A DNA stretch of 64,000 nucleotides from Nitrospira sp. CG24E (GTDB lineage: Bacteria > Nitrospirota > Nitrospiria > Nitrospirales > Nitrospiraceae), in the NCBI GenBank assembly GCA_002869895.2, contig NEWP02000009.1:24601-88600 (forward strand), written 5' to 3'. Below the pieces are notes generated by a model that was not told where the DNA came from, did no database searches, and saw only the letters and a list, made by a program, of their open reading frames with translations. The translations under genes were made by a program, and so were the position numbers. Shown piece by piece: positions 17,451 to 27,350 of this stretch (its first letter is position 1; each line of letters begins with the position of its first letter).

Positions 17451-18640
17451 AGCTTGCCGCACGAGTCGGGCGAATTGCCCCCTCCCCCACCTTGGCCATG
17501 GCCGCCACCGCAAAGGCGATGGCAGCGCGCGGGATCGATGTCGCCGACTTTTCCTCCGGAGAACCGGACTTCGATACACCCGCGCCGGTCAAAGCCGCAG
17601 CAGAGGCTGCCATTCGCGCAGGGTTTACAAAATACACGCCGTCCTCCGGCATCGACGAACTGCGCCAAGCCATTATCGACAAGCTGCAAACGGAGCAGGG
17701 GCTCCGCTACGAAAAGTCTCAAGTGCTCGTCTCCTGCGGAGCCAAACATTCACTCTACAACCTTGCCGAAGCGCTGCTCGAAGCGGGAGATGAAGTCATC
17801 ATTCCCGTTCCCTATTGGGTTTCCTATGCCGACCAAACCCTGCTAAACGACGCCACGCCGGTGTTCCTGCCGACCCGTGAGGAAGAGGGGTATGCCATTG
17901 ATGTCCACGTTTTGGAGAAGCTGATTACGGCTCGCACCAAAGCGATTATCCTCAACAGCCCCTGCAATCCAACAGGCGCGACCTATGATCGGAAAACCCT
18001 CGAGCGCCTTGCTGAGCTGGCTCTCCGCCGTGACCTGCTTCTCATTTCAGACGAAATCTATGAAAAGGTCCTCTATGATGGAGGGACCCACACGAGTATT
18101 GCCGCTCTAGGACCGGAGATCGCGGCCCGCACCGTCATCATCAACGGCGTCTCCAAAGCCTATGCGATGACTGGATGGCGGATCGGCTATGCGGCCGGCC
18201 CGAAAGATCTGTTGACCGCCATGGCCAATATTCAAAGCCAGAGCACATCGAACCCCTGCTCCATTTCACAAAAAGCCGCTGTCGTGGCCTTGCGCGAAGG
18301 GGAGACATTCACAAAAACCATGGTGTCGGAGTTCGATCGGCGTCGACGCGTGATGGTCGAGCGCCTGAATGCCATGCCCGGCATTCGGTGCAGCATGCCC
18401 ACCGGCGCATTTTATGCGTTCCCCAATGTGAGCGGGTTGCTCGGACGGAAAAGTTCAAGCGGAACGATTGCAACTCCAACCGACCTCGCTAACTATCTAT
18501 TGCAGGAGTCGAAAGTCGCGGTGATTCCCGGCGAACCCTTTGGAAGCGCTCAGCATATTCGGCTATCCTATGCGACCAGTATGGAAACGATCGTCCGTGG
18601 AATGGATCGCCTTGATGCGGCCTTCAAACAGCTGACTTAG
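17447..18640 (+). CDS. PLP-dependent aminotransferase class I (aspartate aminotransferase-like)
   Basis: GEPDFDTP, NSPCNPTG, NGVSKAYAMTGWRIGY (PLP lysine); 397 aa. Confidence 0.88.
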   Translation: MKLAARVGRIAPSPTLAMAATAKAMAARGIDVADFSSGEPDFDTPAPVKAAAEAAIRAGFTKYTPSSGIDELRQAIIDKLQTEQGLRYEKSQVLVSCGAKHSLYNLAEALLEAGDEVIIPVPYWVSYADQTLLNDATPVFLPTREEEGYAIDVHVLEKLITARTKAIILNSPCNPTGATYDRKTLERLAELALRRDLLLISDEIYEKVLYDGGTHTSIAALGPEIAARTVIINGVSKAYAMTGWRIGYAAGPKDLLTAMANIQSQSTSNPCSISQKAAVVALREGETFTKTMVSEFDRRRRVMVERLNAMPGIRCSMPTGAFYAFPNVSGLLGRKSSSGTIATPTDLANYLLQESKVAVIPGEPFGSAQHIRLSYATSMETIVRGMDRLDAAFKQLT

Positions 18641-18650
18641 CAGAAGAGAA

Positions 18651-18745
18651 CCGTTATTTAGTTTATTTCGTTTGTTTCGTTTGTTTGGTTGAATGACACT
18701 AGCCAGATAAACTAAATCAACCAAATTAACAAAACAAACTAGGCC
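18651..18745. repeat. phased-unit long hairpin repeat
   Basis: CCGTTATTTAGTTTATTTCGTTTGTTTCGTTTGTTTGGTTGAATGAC...AACCAAATTAACAAAACAAACTAGG. Confidence 0.85.
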
Positions 18746-18763
18746 CATTGGAGGGAATGAATC

Positions 18764-19153
18764 GTGCCGATCTACGAGTACCAGTGTGAAGGCTGCGCAG
18801 ATAGATTTGAGGTCAAGCAAAGCATGAAGGACGATCCGATCACTGTATGCTCAAAATGCGGAAAGCGCGTACAGAGGTTAATCTCTTCGCCCGCGATCAT
18901 GTTCAAAGGGAGTGGCTGGTATGTGACGGACTACTCCGACAAAATGAAGCCATCAGCGGGCAACGAAGCGCCGTTACCGACCACCGGTGAAAAGAAAGGG
19001 GCAGCGCCAAGCACATCAGAAAATGCGGCAGCAGCAACTTCTACGACGCCGGCTCCGCCATCAACGGCCACTCCTGCAAGCACCCCATCAAGCACGACTT
19101 CCAGCACCTCAACCACGCCCACAGCGACACCCTCTTCCCCTACAGCCAAATAG
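18764..19153 (+). CDS. FmdB-family zinc-ribbon protein with Pro/Thr/Ser-rich tail
   Basis: GTG start; MPIYEYQCEGC...CSKCG signature; low-complexity C-terminal half. Confidence 0.8.
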   Translation: MPIYEYQCEGCADRFEVKQSMKDDPITVCSKCGKRVQRLISSPAIMFKGSGWYVTDYSDKMKPSAGNEAPLPTTGEKKGAAPSTSENAAAATSTTPAPPSTATPASTPSSTTSSTSTTPTATPSSPTAK

Positions 19154-19172
19154 CTGAAGAAACGGAGTACTA

Positions 19173-19589
19173 TCAGCGGGTGCGTGTCGCCTTGGCCGGC
19201 GCTTTCTTCTTCGCTGGGGCTTTCGGCGTCACTTTTGCCGCTGGTTTGACCGGAGCCGCTTTCGGCGGTGCGGCTTTTGCCGATTTTGACAGCCGTCCCT
19301 GCGCGGCGGTGAGGCTGCTTTGCAAACTGTTGATCATGACCGACTTATCGCGACTCGCCCGGGAGAGATCGTCTACTTGCGCCTGAAGATCCTCTTTCAC
19401 CTTCGTAAAGGAGGCCAGTTGATTCTGCAACTGAGTCTTTTCCATCGTGGCCATCTGCAATTCAGAGCGCAATTGTTCAATTTGGGTTTGGAGCGCCGGT
19501 GGCCAGTAATCACAGCCGGACAAACTCACCGAAGCAATCGTGATAGCAGCCACCGCAAACAAATTTTGCACCGTTACAGTTCGAGTCAT
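19173..19589 (-). CDS. lipoprotein with coiled-coil segment and Ala/Lys/Pro-rich tail
   Basis: AAGGAGAAG SD before MTRTV; lipobox LSGC; tail KAAPPKAAPVKPAAKVTPKAPAKKKAPAKA. Confidence 0.6.
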   Translation of the reverse strand: MTRTVTVQNLFAVAAITIASVSLSGCDYWPPALQTQIEQLRSELQMATMEKTQLQNQLASFTKVKEDLQAQVDDLSRASRDKSVMINSLQSSLTAAQGRLSKSAKAAPPKAAPVKPAAKVTPKAPAKKKAPAKATRTR

Positions 19590-19625
19590 CAATCTTCTCC
19601 TTTCCATGGGCACGATACCACAGCT

Positions 19626-20294
19626 CTATCTACTATCTGCTTCCAGATGCAGTCCGTGAGCAGCTAACTGCATTGCAATGGCGCCTCGATCGACCGATCC
19701 AGCGCGAACAATCCTAATTGGGCCTCGAACGTCGATGACGGTAGAGGGTTGGCCGCCTGGGGTTGGCCCAGCATCAATGATCAAATCGAGCCTGTCTCCA
19801 AGATTGCGCTGGACTTCTTCAGCGGTCCTGGGCGGCGCCATACCTTCACGGTTTGCGCTGGTGCCGGTCACTGGTCCGACCAGACGCAAGAGATTAACCA
19901 GAGGTTGCCAGGCGCTGAGACGGATACCGACGGAACCAGTTCCAGCGGTCACCGCATCGGGAAGGCCCTGTGCTGCGGGAAACACAATCGTGAGAGGTCC
20001 TGGCCAGAAGGCATTCATCAATAGGGTGGCTGCATAGGGAATACTTCGAACCAATGGCTCCAACTGAGACCTCTCTCCGATCAGCAGGAGAATCGGCTTG
20101 CCCTCCGACCGGCCCTTGACCTCCCACAGTCTGGCGAGCGCCTGCTTGTCGGACGGGACTACAGCAAGACCGTAGAAACTTTCCGTCGGCAGGGCGATCA
20201 GCCCGCTCTCTTTGAGCAGGCAACGAACTGAATCTGCCAGCACAGGCGCGGTGGAAACGGCGTAGCGCTCGATCGTTGCCATAACAGGAACCAC
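19626..20294 (-). CDS. tsaC: L-threonylcarbamoyladenylate synthase (YrdC/TsaC/Sua5 domain)
   Basis: ALPTESFYGLAV, KGRSEGKPILLLI, TSANREG motifs. The start may be Met at 20279. Confidence 0.85.
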   Translation of the reverse strand: MVPVMATIERYAVSTAPVLADSVRCLLKESGLIALPTESFYGLAVVPSDKQALARLWEVKGRSEGKPILLLIGERSQLEPLVRSIPYAATLLMNAFWPGPLTIVFPAAQGLPDAVTAGTGSVGIRLSAWQPLVNLLRLVGPVTGTSANREGMAPPRTAEEVQRNLGDRLDLIIDAGPTPGGQPSTVIDVRGPIRIVRAGSVDRGAIAMQLAAHGLHLEADSR

Positions 20295-20308
20295 CCGCCC
20301 CTATTGCC

Positions 20309-21583
20309 TTATGCATGATGGGAAAACGCCCGATGCGCAATATCCGTCCGATAGTGCGCATCTTCAAATGAAATCATCCTCGTTACGCGGTAGGCTTCTG
20401 CTTGCGCCTCCGCCAGAGTTTTCCCACATCCTGTAATTCCCAGCACTCGCCCCCCCGCCGTCACGATCTCAGTCCCAGCGCGTCTTGTACCGGCATGAAA
20501 CACCATGGACTTCTGATCGGTCGAAGCAGGCAATCCGTAAATGGCGCGTCCTGTCTCATAGGCGCCGGGATAGCCTCCCGAGGTCATGACGACACAGACC
20601 GCCGTCTCACCATGCCAGTCCACGGTCAATTGATCGAGGCGATGCTCGACGACTGCTTCGATCACATCCAGCAGATCGGTCTTGAGCAATGGGAGTACAA
20701 CCTGCGTCTCCGGATCCCCCATGCGGGCGTTAAACTCCAAGACGTAGGGCACCCCTTTCACAACCATCAGGCCGGCATACAGAACGCCTTGAAACGGACA
20801 ACCCATCCGGGACAGGGCTTCGACAGCAGGATAGAGAACCTGTTTGGCGACCTGCTCGCGCAAGGCCCTATCGCCGAGCGGCGCGGGGCAATAGGCCCCC
20901 ATGCCTCCAGTATTGGGTCCGGCATCTCCATCCCCGAGTCGCTTATGATCTTGCGCCGGCAACATCGGCACGACAGTCCGTCCGTCCGTGAAGGCCATGA
21001 TCGTCAGTTCCTCACCGTCAAGAAACTGTTCGATCAACACCCGCTGACCGGCCTGACCGAACACTGCATGCTCCATCGAATCGCGGACAGCTTGTTTTGC
21101 CTCTTCTCTGGTCTTTGCGACCACCACACCCTTCCCCTGCGCCAGTCCATCGGCCTTCACGACTACCGGTAGCTCGTGCTGGTCCAGATAGGCCAAGGCG
21201 GAAGCGACCCGATCAAAACTCTGCGCTCTCGCCGTGAGAATTTTTGCGTTGGCCATGACCTCTTTGGAAAAGACTTTACTGGCCTCGATGCGCGCAGCAC
21301 CCCTTGTCGGTCCGAATATCTTCAGCTTGGATTTGCGAAATTCATCCACAATGCCCAATGCGAGGGGGGCTTCAGGCCCCACGACCGTCAGATCGATCTT
21401 CTCCGTCTGAACAAATACCTTCAGCCCCGCGACATCATCGGCCTTAATCGGCACACAAGTGGCCAGTGATTCGATACCAGCATTGCCTGGCGCGCAGAAG
21501 AGCGTGGGCTTACGGGGACTACGCGCAAGCGACCACACCATCGCATGCTCACGTCCTCCACTGCCAACGATGAGGATTTTCAC
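20309..21583 (-). CDS. purD: phosphoribosylamine-glycine ligase
   Basis: MKILIVGSGGREHA start; ATP-grasp; 424 aa. Confidence 0.95.
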   Translation of the reverse strand: MKILIVGSGGREHAMVWSLARSPRKPTLFCAPGNAGIESLATCVPIKADDVAGLKVFVQTEKIDLTVVGPEAPLALGIVDEFRKSKLKIFGPTRGAARIEASKVFSKEVMANAKILTARAQSFDRVASALAYLDQHELPVVVKADGLAQGKGVVVAKTREEAKQAVRDSMEHAVFGQAGQRVLIEQFLDGEELTIMAFTDGRTVVPMLPAQDHKRLGDGDAGPNTGGMGAYCPAPLGDRALREQVAKQVLYPAVEALSRMGCPFQGVLYAGLMVVKGVPYVLEFNARMGDPETQVVLPLLKTDLLDVIEAVVEHRLDQLTVDWHGETAVCVVMTSGGYPGAYETGRAIYGLPASTDQKSMVFHAGTRRAGTEIVTAGGRVLGITGCGKTLAEAQAEAYRVTRMISFEDAHYRTDIAHRAFSHHA

Positions 21584-21589
21584 TGGATA

Positions 21590-21778
21590 GCCTTCAGCGT
21601 GAAGTCTTTCTTCGGAGGATGTTCAAACGGCTTTCCAGCAAGGCCGCAGGCGAAGGTAAAACCGGAAGCGTAACTTTCTCACCCGCCCTCCCCGAGCTGC
21701 AGAGCAGCTCCTTCCTCAATGGACTACGTTGAGGATTTTGCCGAGCCGAGAACGACGCTGGAGAGTCGTTTCAACATT
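21590..21778 (-). mobile_element. MITE-like structured repeat (core CCAGCGTCGTTCTCG...CTCAACGTA), copy in the purD-purH spacer
   Basis: The reverse complement aligns with 26845-27045. Shared blocks are CCAGCGTCGTTCTCG, CTCAACGTA and CTGCGGCCTYGCTGGA..G..TTTGA.CA.CC. The termini are mutually complementary. Confidence 0.7.
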
Positions 21779-21780
21779 CG

Positions 21781-23334
21781 TTAATGTCGGAAGTGCCGCA
21801 TGCCCGTCAGAATCATCGCCAACCCATGCTCATCCGCAGCCTTGATGATTTCAGAATCGCGAATTGAACCGCCTGGCTGAATGACCGCTGTAATGCCGGC
21901 TTGCGCCGCTGCATCCAATCCATCCCGGAATGGGAAGAAGGCGTCAGACGCCATTACGCAGCCCTTCACCGGCATCTGCGCTTTCATAGCCGCGAGCTTG
22001 ACGGAATCGACCCGGCTCATTTGACCGGCGCCAATCCCGACCGTCTGGCCAGGCTTGGCGTAGATGATTGCATTCGACTTCACGTGCTTGCAGACTGTCC
22101 ATGCAAAGGCACAGGCTGCATATTCCTCGTCCGTCGGTTTGCGCATCGTCGGGACTGGCAAGGATCGTATATCGGTCAGCACACCCAAATCCCGATCCTG
22201 CACGATCAACCCGCCGACCAATTTCTTCAGATCGAAGCCTTCCTGCTTCACCTTCGTGAGCGGGCCGACATCCAGCAATCGCAGATCCTTTTTGCGCTTG
22301 AGCTCTGCCAGCGCATCGTCTGCAAAGCCCGGCGCAATGACCACTTCGACGAACGTTGAAGTAATTTCCTTTGCCGCAGCCAAGTCTACGGGACGATTAA
22401 ACGCCAGCACACCCCCGAAGGCCGAAATGGGATCGGTCTCCCGGGCCTTCACATAGGCTTCCACCGCCGTAGTCCCAAGCGCAACACCGCAGGGATTGTT
22501 GTGCTTGATGATCGCCACGGCACAGTCGTCATACTCTTTGGCAAGTTCGAGCGCCGAGTTCGCATCGAGAAAATTATTATAGGACATGGCCTTGCCGTGC
22601 AGGATTCTCCCCCGCGACACAGACGGCTCGTTGGAATGCAATTCACGATAGAACGCGCCCTGCTGGTGCGGGTTTTCTCCGTAGCGAAGCGATTCCGCCA
22701 ATTCAAATTGCAACGACAGCACTTTTGGAAACTTCGTCTCGCTGCCTTGCACCTGCTTCTCAAGATACCCGGCGATCAGACTGTCATAACGAGCCGTATG
22801 TTGAAACACCTTCATCGCCAGCTCGCGTCGCAACTCGCGCGAGACAGTTCCACCCTTTGTCGCATCGAGCACGCGCTGATAATCGGTCGGGTCCACGACG
22901 ACCAGAACATCTTCATGGTTCTTGGCGGCAGAACGCAGCATCGACGGCCCGCCGATATCGATATTCTCAATGGCCTCTTCGAAAGGACAGTTCGGTTGTG
23001 CGATCGTCGCCTCGAACGGATAGAGATTGACCACGACCACATCGATGGGGCCGATCCCCTGCTGCTCCATCTGCTGGAGATGGGCAGGCACCGAACGCCG
23101 GCCGAGTAATCCGCCATGAATCTTGGGATGGAGTGTTTTGACACGGCCGTCGAGGATTTCCGGTGACCCAGTATAGGCTGCCACATCGGTCACCTTCACC
23201 CCGGCCTCGCGCAAAGCCTTGGCAGTTCCTCCAGTCGAGAGGATCTCTGCGCCAAGCGCCTCGAGACCCTTTGCCATCTCCACGACTCCGGTCTTGTCAG
23301 AAACACTGATCAGCGCCCGCTTGATGGCGGCCAT
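21781..23334 (-). CDS. purH: bifunctional AICAR transformylase / IMP cyclohydrolase
   Basis: [32 protein letters not shown]; 517 aa. Confidence 0.95.
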   Translation of the reverse strand: MAAIKRALISVSDKTGVVEMAKGLEALGAEILSTGGTAKALREAGVKVTDVAAYTGSPEILDGRVKTLHPKIHGGLLGRRSVPAHLQQMEQQGIGPIDVVVVNLYPFEATIAQPNCPFEEAIENIDIGGPSMLRSAAKNHEDVLVVVDPTDYQRVLDATKGGTVSRELRRELAMKVFQHTARYDSLIAGYLEKQVQGSETKFPKVLSLQFELAESLRYGENPHQQGAFYRELHSNEPSVSRGRILHGKAMSYNNFLDANSALELAKEYDDCAVAIIKHNNPCGVALGTTAVEAYVKARETDPISAFGGVLAFNRPVDLAAAKEITSTFVEVVIAPGFADDALAELKRKKDLRLLDVGPLTKVKQEGFDLKKLVGGLIVQDRDLGVLTDIRSLPVPTMRKPTDEEYAACAFAWTVCKHVKSNAIIYAKPGQTVGIGAGQMSRVDSVKLAAMKAQMPVKGCVMASDAFFPFRDGLDAAAQAGITAVIQPGGSIRDSEIIKAADEHGLAMILTGMRHFRH

Positions 23335-23741
23335 GGTTCAACTCCTTAGATCAACTGAAAATGGAATGGTGAATTTCAACTCGTGAAAGGCGGGCGAAGA
23401 ATAACAAATGGGTTGGAGAAGTTCAAGGACAAGCCCGGTGCCTTATCTACTCGTCTCCATCGATCACGATAGGATACTTTCTGTCGTGAGACCCAATCGC
23501 ATAGGCCTGCAGTAGTATGCATAGTCCAATGACAACGAAACCAATCATCTGCTTACTGGTCGTTGACGATACCTTCCTCCCATATGGCGCGCGTCGTATA
23601 GCCCTTCAGAAACCCTTCAACCTATAGTCTAAGTTTTGGATAAAAAGAGCCTCAGGTGATGGGAAATCAGTCTGGCATGAGTGGATGTATTATGGTACTG
23701 TCACAGGACCTATCAGGCAGTATCCGCTAGAGAGTTGATTC

Positions 23742-24614
23742 ATGATGCGTGCAGCGATTCTCGCTTCAGGCGCTGTTGCACTAACCATCCTTGCAGTTCT
23801 TTGTGTTCCAAGCCACCTTCCTCCTCCTGCAGCATCGAAGCCCCTCACGCCTGCCAGTTTTCATGCACTGTTAGAACACAGGACTCTGACTCTCCGTGGC
23901 TCCCTCCCCAGTGAGAGCAGCAAGGCTGCCATCCTCCAGCGGGCACGAGAACTCTATGGGGCGGCTCCTGGTCGTGTCGTCGACGAACTGACGGTGGACC
24001 CAAGGGTGGGACCGGCAGCCTGGGTCGGCAATGTTCCCAAGACCCTCCCCATCTTAGGCCAGATGGCGGAACGAGGGTCCATCATCATCGATGGGCGTTC
24101 CGTTGTCCTCAGCGGCCGAGTCGACGGCGATCGCACCAAAGCCACCCTGTTGCGTGAAATTACGCCTCTTACGCAGACGGGACTCGTACTGGAAGATCAT
24201 ATTCTGGCAGCTCAAGCCCCGGTCCAGACCCAGGCCTCGGCCTCCGCGCTCCAAAAGAAATTGAACGAGGTCCTCGCTCATGCTTCTATCGAATTCGACT
24301 CCAATACCGCAACGATCACCCCCCGTAGCCGCGCCACATTGGACCAGCTGATCACCCTTATACAGCGAGCTCCCAGTACTCCCATTGAAATCGGTGGCCA
24401 TACGGACAAATACGGCGCGCCTGACTATAACCTTCAACTCAGCCGCCTCCGAGCGGACGCAGTGCGACGCTACTTCCTCAGCCATGGTTTGGCCAACCAG
24501 TTCACCTCCGTCGGCTATGGCGCGTCACGCCCCCTATCGGCGGCCCAGACGCGGGCCGGCCTCCAGCACAACCGGCGCATCGAATTGCACATAAAAGGAG
24601 TTGGCGACCTATGA
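23742..24614 (+). CDS. OmpA-family peptidoglycan-binding protein with N-terminal BON-like region
   Basis: C-terminal GHTDKYGAPDYNLQLSRLRADAVRRYF..GYGASRPL..NRRIEL. Confidence 0.8.
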   Translation: MMRAAILASGAVALTILAVLCVPSHLPPPAASKPLTPASFHALLEHRTLTLRGSLPSESSKAAILQRARELYGAAPGRVVDELTVDPRVGPAAWVGNVPKTLPILGQMAERGSIIIDGRSVVLSGRVDGDRTKATLLREITPLTQTGLVLEDHILAAQAPVQTQASASALQKKLNEVLAHASIEFDSNTATITPRSRATLDQLITLIQRAPSTPIEIGGHTDKYGAPDYNLQLSRLRADAVRRYFLSHGLANQFTSVGYGASRPLSAAQTRAGLQHNRRIELHIKGVGDL

Positions 24615-25939
24615 TTCTCATCGGCCAGATCCTAGGATGTCTTATCGTCGCGGCAGGCATCGGCGGCGTGATCGGATGGCTGCTGCAATATCTGCCCACC
24701 AGGCAACTGACACAACAGTTCAGGGACCTCACCGCCACCCTGCGTCTCAAAGAGCAACGGCTCGAGAAGGCCCAGTATGAGTTGAAGGTCCAAACCGCGT
24801 CGATGCACCTGATCGAGAGCAAGACGCTCGAAGCGGAGACGCTGCTGCAATCCGCCAGGCAAGAGGTCTCGACACAGCAGGACCGTCTCCAGGCCCTTCA
24901 ACAAGAGTTGGCTCTCCGCACAGAGCGGTTGGCAGCTTTGGAAGCAAAAGACTCCTCTGCACGCCTCACACAGGAGCATGAGACGGCCATCGCACCACAA
25001 GAAGAAGATATCCGCCAACTGCATCTCGCGCGCCAAGACGCTGAACAGGCGCTCGCATCTCACAAACAAGAACAGCAGGAGCTTCAGCATCGCATCACAG
25101 AATTGGAAACCGTCGTGGCAGAAACTGCGTTGCTACGAGCCCGCGTGGAAGAACTCGAGCCGGCTCAAGGACGGGTCCATTGGCTTGAAGTCCAACTCAG
25201 CGAACGAGACGTCGAACATCGGGCAGCGCTGCATCAACGCGACGACCAACTGGCTGAACGAGATCGCAAGATTTGCGAACTCGAACGGCTCCAGCCTCAA
25301 GTGCAAGAACGAGAAACGGCATTGGCTCAACGAGAAACACAATATGCCCATACCCTCAAGCAACATGAAGCGCAGATTGCCAAGTTACAAAAACAGCTTG
25401 CGGTGCAGGACACACTCAGCGCTCAACTCCTGCTCAATAAGAAAATCTTGCGCGAACGAGATGAACGGATCGACGGCTTGCAGCGCCAGATTCAAGGATT
25501 CGAAGCGCAGCAGCAGGACCAGGCTGCGCAGGCAAAGGTAGTAGGAGAAAAGGAAGAGGAGATCGCCCGTCTTCGAAAACGCCTTATTGAAACGCGGGCC
25601 GCACTTCGCATTAAGATCGATGGGGAGGCCACGGCCCCTCGCCAGCCCCGACAGAATGGCAGCCAATTAAGTTTGCTGGCGGAACAGGCACAAGCAGCGC
25701 ATACGGCCAAGGAAGGGCAGAAAGACGACCTGAGTAAGATTCACGGAATCGGTCCTGCCTTTGCCAAGACCCTCAACAAGATGGGGCTGTACACCTATAT
25801 CCAGATCGCGCGCTGGAAGCCGGAGGACATCGACAAGGTCGCGAAGAAGCTCTACACGGCCCCTGAACGGATCAAACGGGATAAGTGGATCGAGGAAGCG
25901 AAGAAGGAACATTACCGCAAGTACGGCGAGCGGCTCTAA
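24611..25939 (+). CDS. membrane-anchored long coiled-coil protein with C-terminal helix-hairpin-helix-like module
   Basis: One N-terminal TM helix, about 330 aa of Q/E/L/R heptad-rich sequence, and the end LSKIHGIGPAFAKTLNKMGLYTYIQIARW. ATGA overlap with the ompA-like gene. Confidence 0.6.
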   Translation: MILIGQILGCLIVAAGIGGVIGWLLQYLPTRQLTQQFRDLTATLRLKEQRLEKAQYELKVQTASMHLIESKTLEAETLLQSARQEVSTQQDRLQALQQELALRTERLAALEAKDSSARLTQEHETAIAPQEEDIRQLHLARQDAEQALASHKQEQQELQHRITELETVVAETALLRARVEELEPAQGRVHWLEVQLSERDVEHRAALHQRDDQLAERDRKICELERLQPQVQERETALAQRETQYAHTLKQHEAQIAKLQKQLAVQDTLSAQLLLNKKILRERDERIDGLQRQIQGFEAQQQDQAAQAKVVGEKEEEIARLRKRLIETRAALRIKIDGEATAPRQPRQNGSQLSLLAEQAQAAHTAKEGQKDDLSKIHGIGPAFAKTLNKMGLYTYIQIARWKPEDIDKVAKKLYTAPERIKRDKWIEEAKKEHYRKYGERL

Positions 25940-26148
25940 CGGAGTGCGTATCTCGTGAAGCGTGAAGCGTATCGCGCAGGAAGTTTCGAGTTTCGGGTTT
26001 CTAGTTTCAGGCACAGACGGTTTAGGCAACATGAAACCTGGAACTTGCAACCAGAAACCCTAGACGATGAAAGCCAAACGATGAGAATATATTCAGTCGG
26101 CGGCTGCAGGAGTGAGACATCAGAAAAGTAGAATGGCCCCGTTTTCTT
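25928..26148. repeat. about 220-nt repeat ending in GTAGAATGGCCCCGTTTTC, copy 1
   Basis: Collinear with 29228-29448: CGGCTCT.AC..G.GCGTATCTCGTGAAGCGTGAA.CGTATCGCGCAGGA.GTTTCGAGTTTC.GGTTTCTAGTTT....AAAAGTAGAATGGCCCCGTTTTCTT. Confidence 0.85.
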
Positions 26149-26306
26149 TGCCTCGAACACGACGGCTTCAAGCCGGGCGAACGCGCAGGCGAATTCACAT
26201 AGAATATGAGCCAGGCGACGTAAGCCGGCATTCTTGCCTTTTACCCTTCGAGGGTCTATTCAGACTGAAGAAGTTCCGTTGCGGTCGTGCATGGAGAGCA
26301 ATTGCT

Positions 26307-26636
26307 ATGCTGAGTGTAGAGCAGGATCCTTTGTCGTTCGTTGAGCAAAACGCCTGCGAAGTGGCGTGCACTCTTCTGGCATCTGAACCACGGGTCAAGG
26401 TGTTTCTCTTTGGTTCAAGCGCGACCGAGCGTGCCAGCTCCCGATCGGACATCGATCTGGGTATCGATCTCGGTCACGCGATTGCACCGGAGATGCTTGC
26501 GTCATTACGCGATGCGTTCGATGAGTTGCCGATCATGCAGAAAGTCGACATTGTCGATTTTTCCGTACTCGACGAAGCGTTTAAAGCAGGGGCCCTTCAG
26601 CAAATCGAGAGTGTCTATGAGCGACAAGCTGCATAA
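26307..26636 (+). CDS. minimal nucleotidyltransferase (MNT), partner of an HI0074-type HEPN
   Basis: VFLFGSSATERASSRSDIDLGIDL motif; GGAGAG SD; 109 aa. Confidence 0.8.
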   Translation: MLSVEQDPLSFVEQNACEVACTLLASEPRVKVFLFGSSATERASSRSDIDLGIDLGHAIAPEMLASLRDAFDELPIMQKVDIVDFSVLDEAFKAGALQQIESVYERQAA

Positions 26637-27210
26637 TTTGTTAAGGCTTCCAGGTCTTGCGCTGACGCGCCTTGATGGGGCGTTAGCTCAGCCTGTCAAC
26701 GAATTCGTTCGTGATTCTGCCATCCAACGGTTTGAGTTTACCTTTGAATTATTCTGGAAGAGCCTGAAGGCATATGCCGAGGAGTCGGGGGTAGAAGCCT
26801 ATTGACCGAGAGACAGCGTCAGGACGGCATTTCAGCTAACAGGGTGCTGAAAAAGTCCGCCAGCGTCGTTCTCGCATCGTTCAGACCCTCAACGTACCCC
26901 AGAGGGTACGCTTCGGCCCTTCACTCACTGCGGCCTCGCTGGACAGTCTTTTTGAGCACCCTGGAGGTGAATTCTCCTGGTATGCCTCGCGCTCACCGTC
27001 GAAGTTCTTGCGCGTCAAACATAGTTTTCCAGCAGCCTGATCGGGGTGATCCAGGAACACCCCGATTGGCTTCGGATGTTGCAAGATCGCAACCTCACCA
27101 GCCATACCTATAACGAAGCGACGGCTAAATCGATCTACTCCCATCTCCCGGCCTATTGCCGCCTTATCCGCCAGGCGCATGCTGAGTTGTCTCAGAGGGT
27201 CACGCGCTAG
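26617..27210 (+). pseudogene. HI0074-family HEPN (nucleotidyltransferase substrate-binding protein), inactivated by an in-frame TGA (26803-26805) and a 201-bp insertion (26845-27045)
   Basis: N-part ..RDSAIQRFEFTFELFWKSLKAYAEESGVEAY*PRDSVRTAFQLTG; C-part VIQEHPDWLRMLQDRNLTSHTYNEATAKSIY...*. Both are in the same frame and together make a normal-length protein. Confidence 0.8.
26845..27045 (+). mobile_element. MITE-like structured repeat inserted in the HEPN gene; possible GGGTG target duplication
   Basis: Flanked by ACAGGGTG|CTGAAAAAG... and ...GATCGGGGTG|ATCC. Termini GGGTGCTGAAAAAG and CTTTTTGAGCACCC are complementary. Internal hairpin GTACCCcagaGGGTAC. Homologous to 21590-21778. Confidence 0.75.
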
Positions 27211-27350
27211 TTGTTTGGCAGCTCTCGCTCTATCTTTATGGCGAGCGAGGCCTCTTCAAGCCTGGCGAACTTGCCGCACAGTTCCGGTCAAAGTCCGTTC
27301 CCAACTCACCTACGCGTGGCGCAGCAGTCACCATCCATCGAAGAATGAGT

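Noticed and set aside
23447-23548. 33-aa hydrophobic micro-ORF (MIGFVVIGLCILLQAYAIGSHDRKYPIVIDGDE) on the minus strand upstream of purH
   Set aside because: It has a weak ribosome-binding context and no supporting evidence. It may be real, but this window alone cannot support it.
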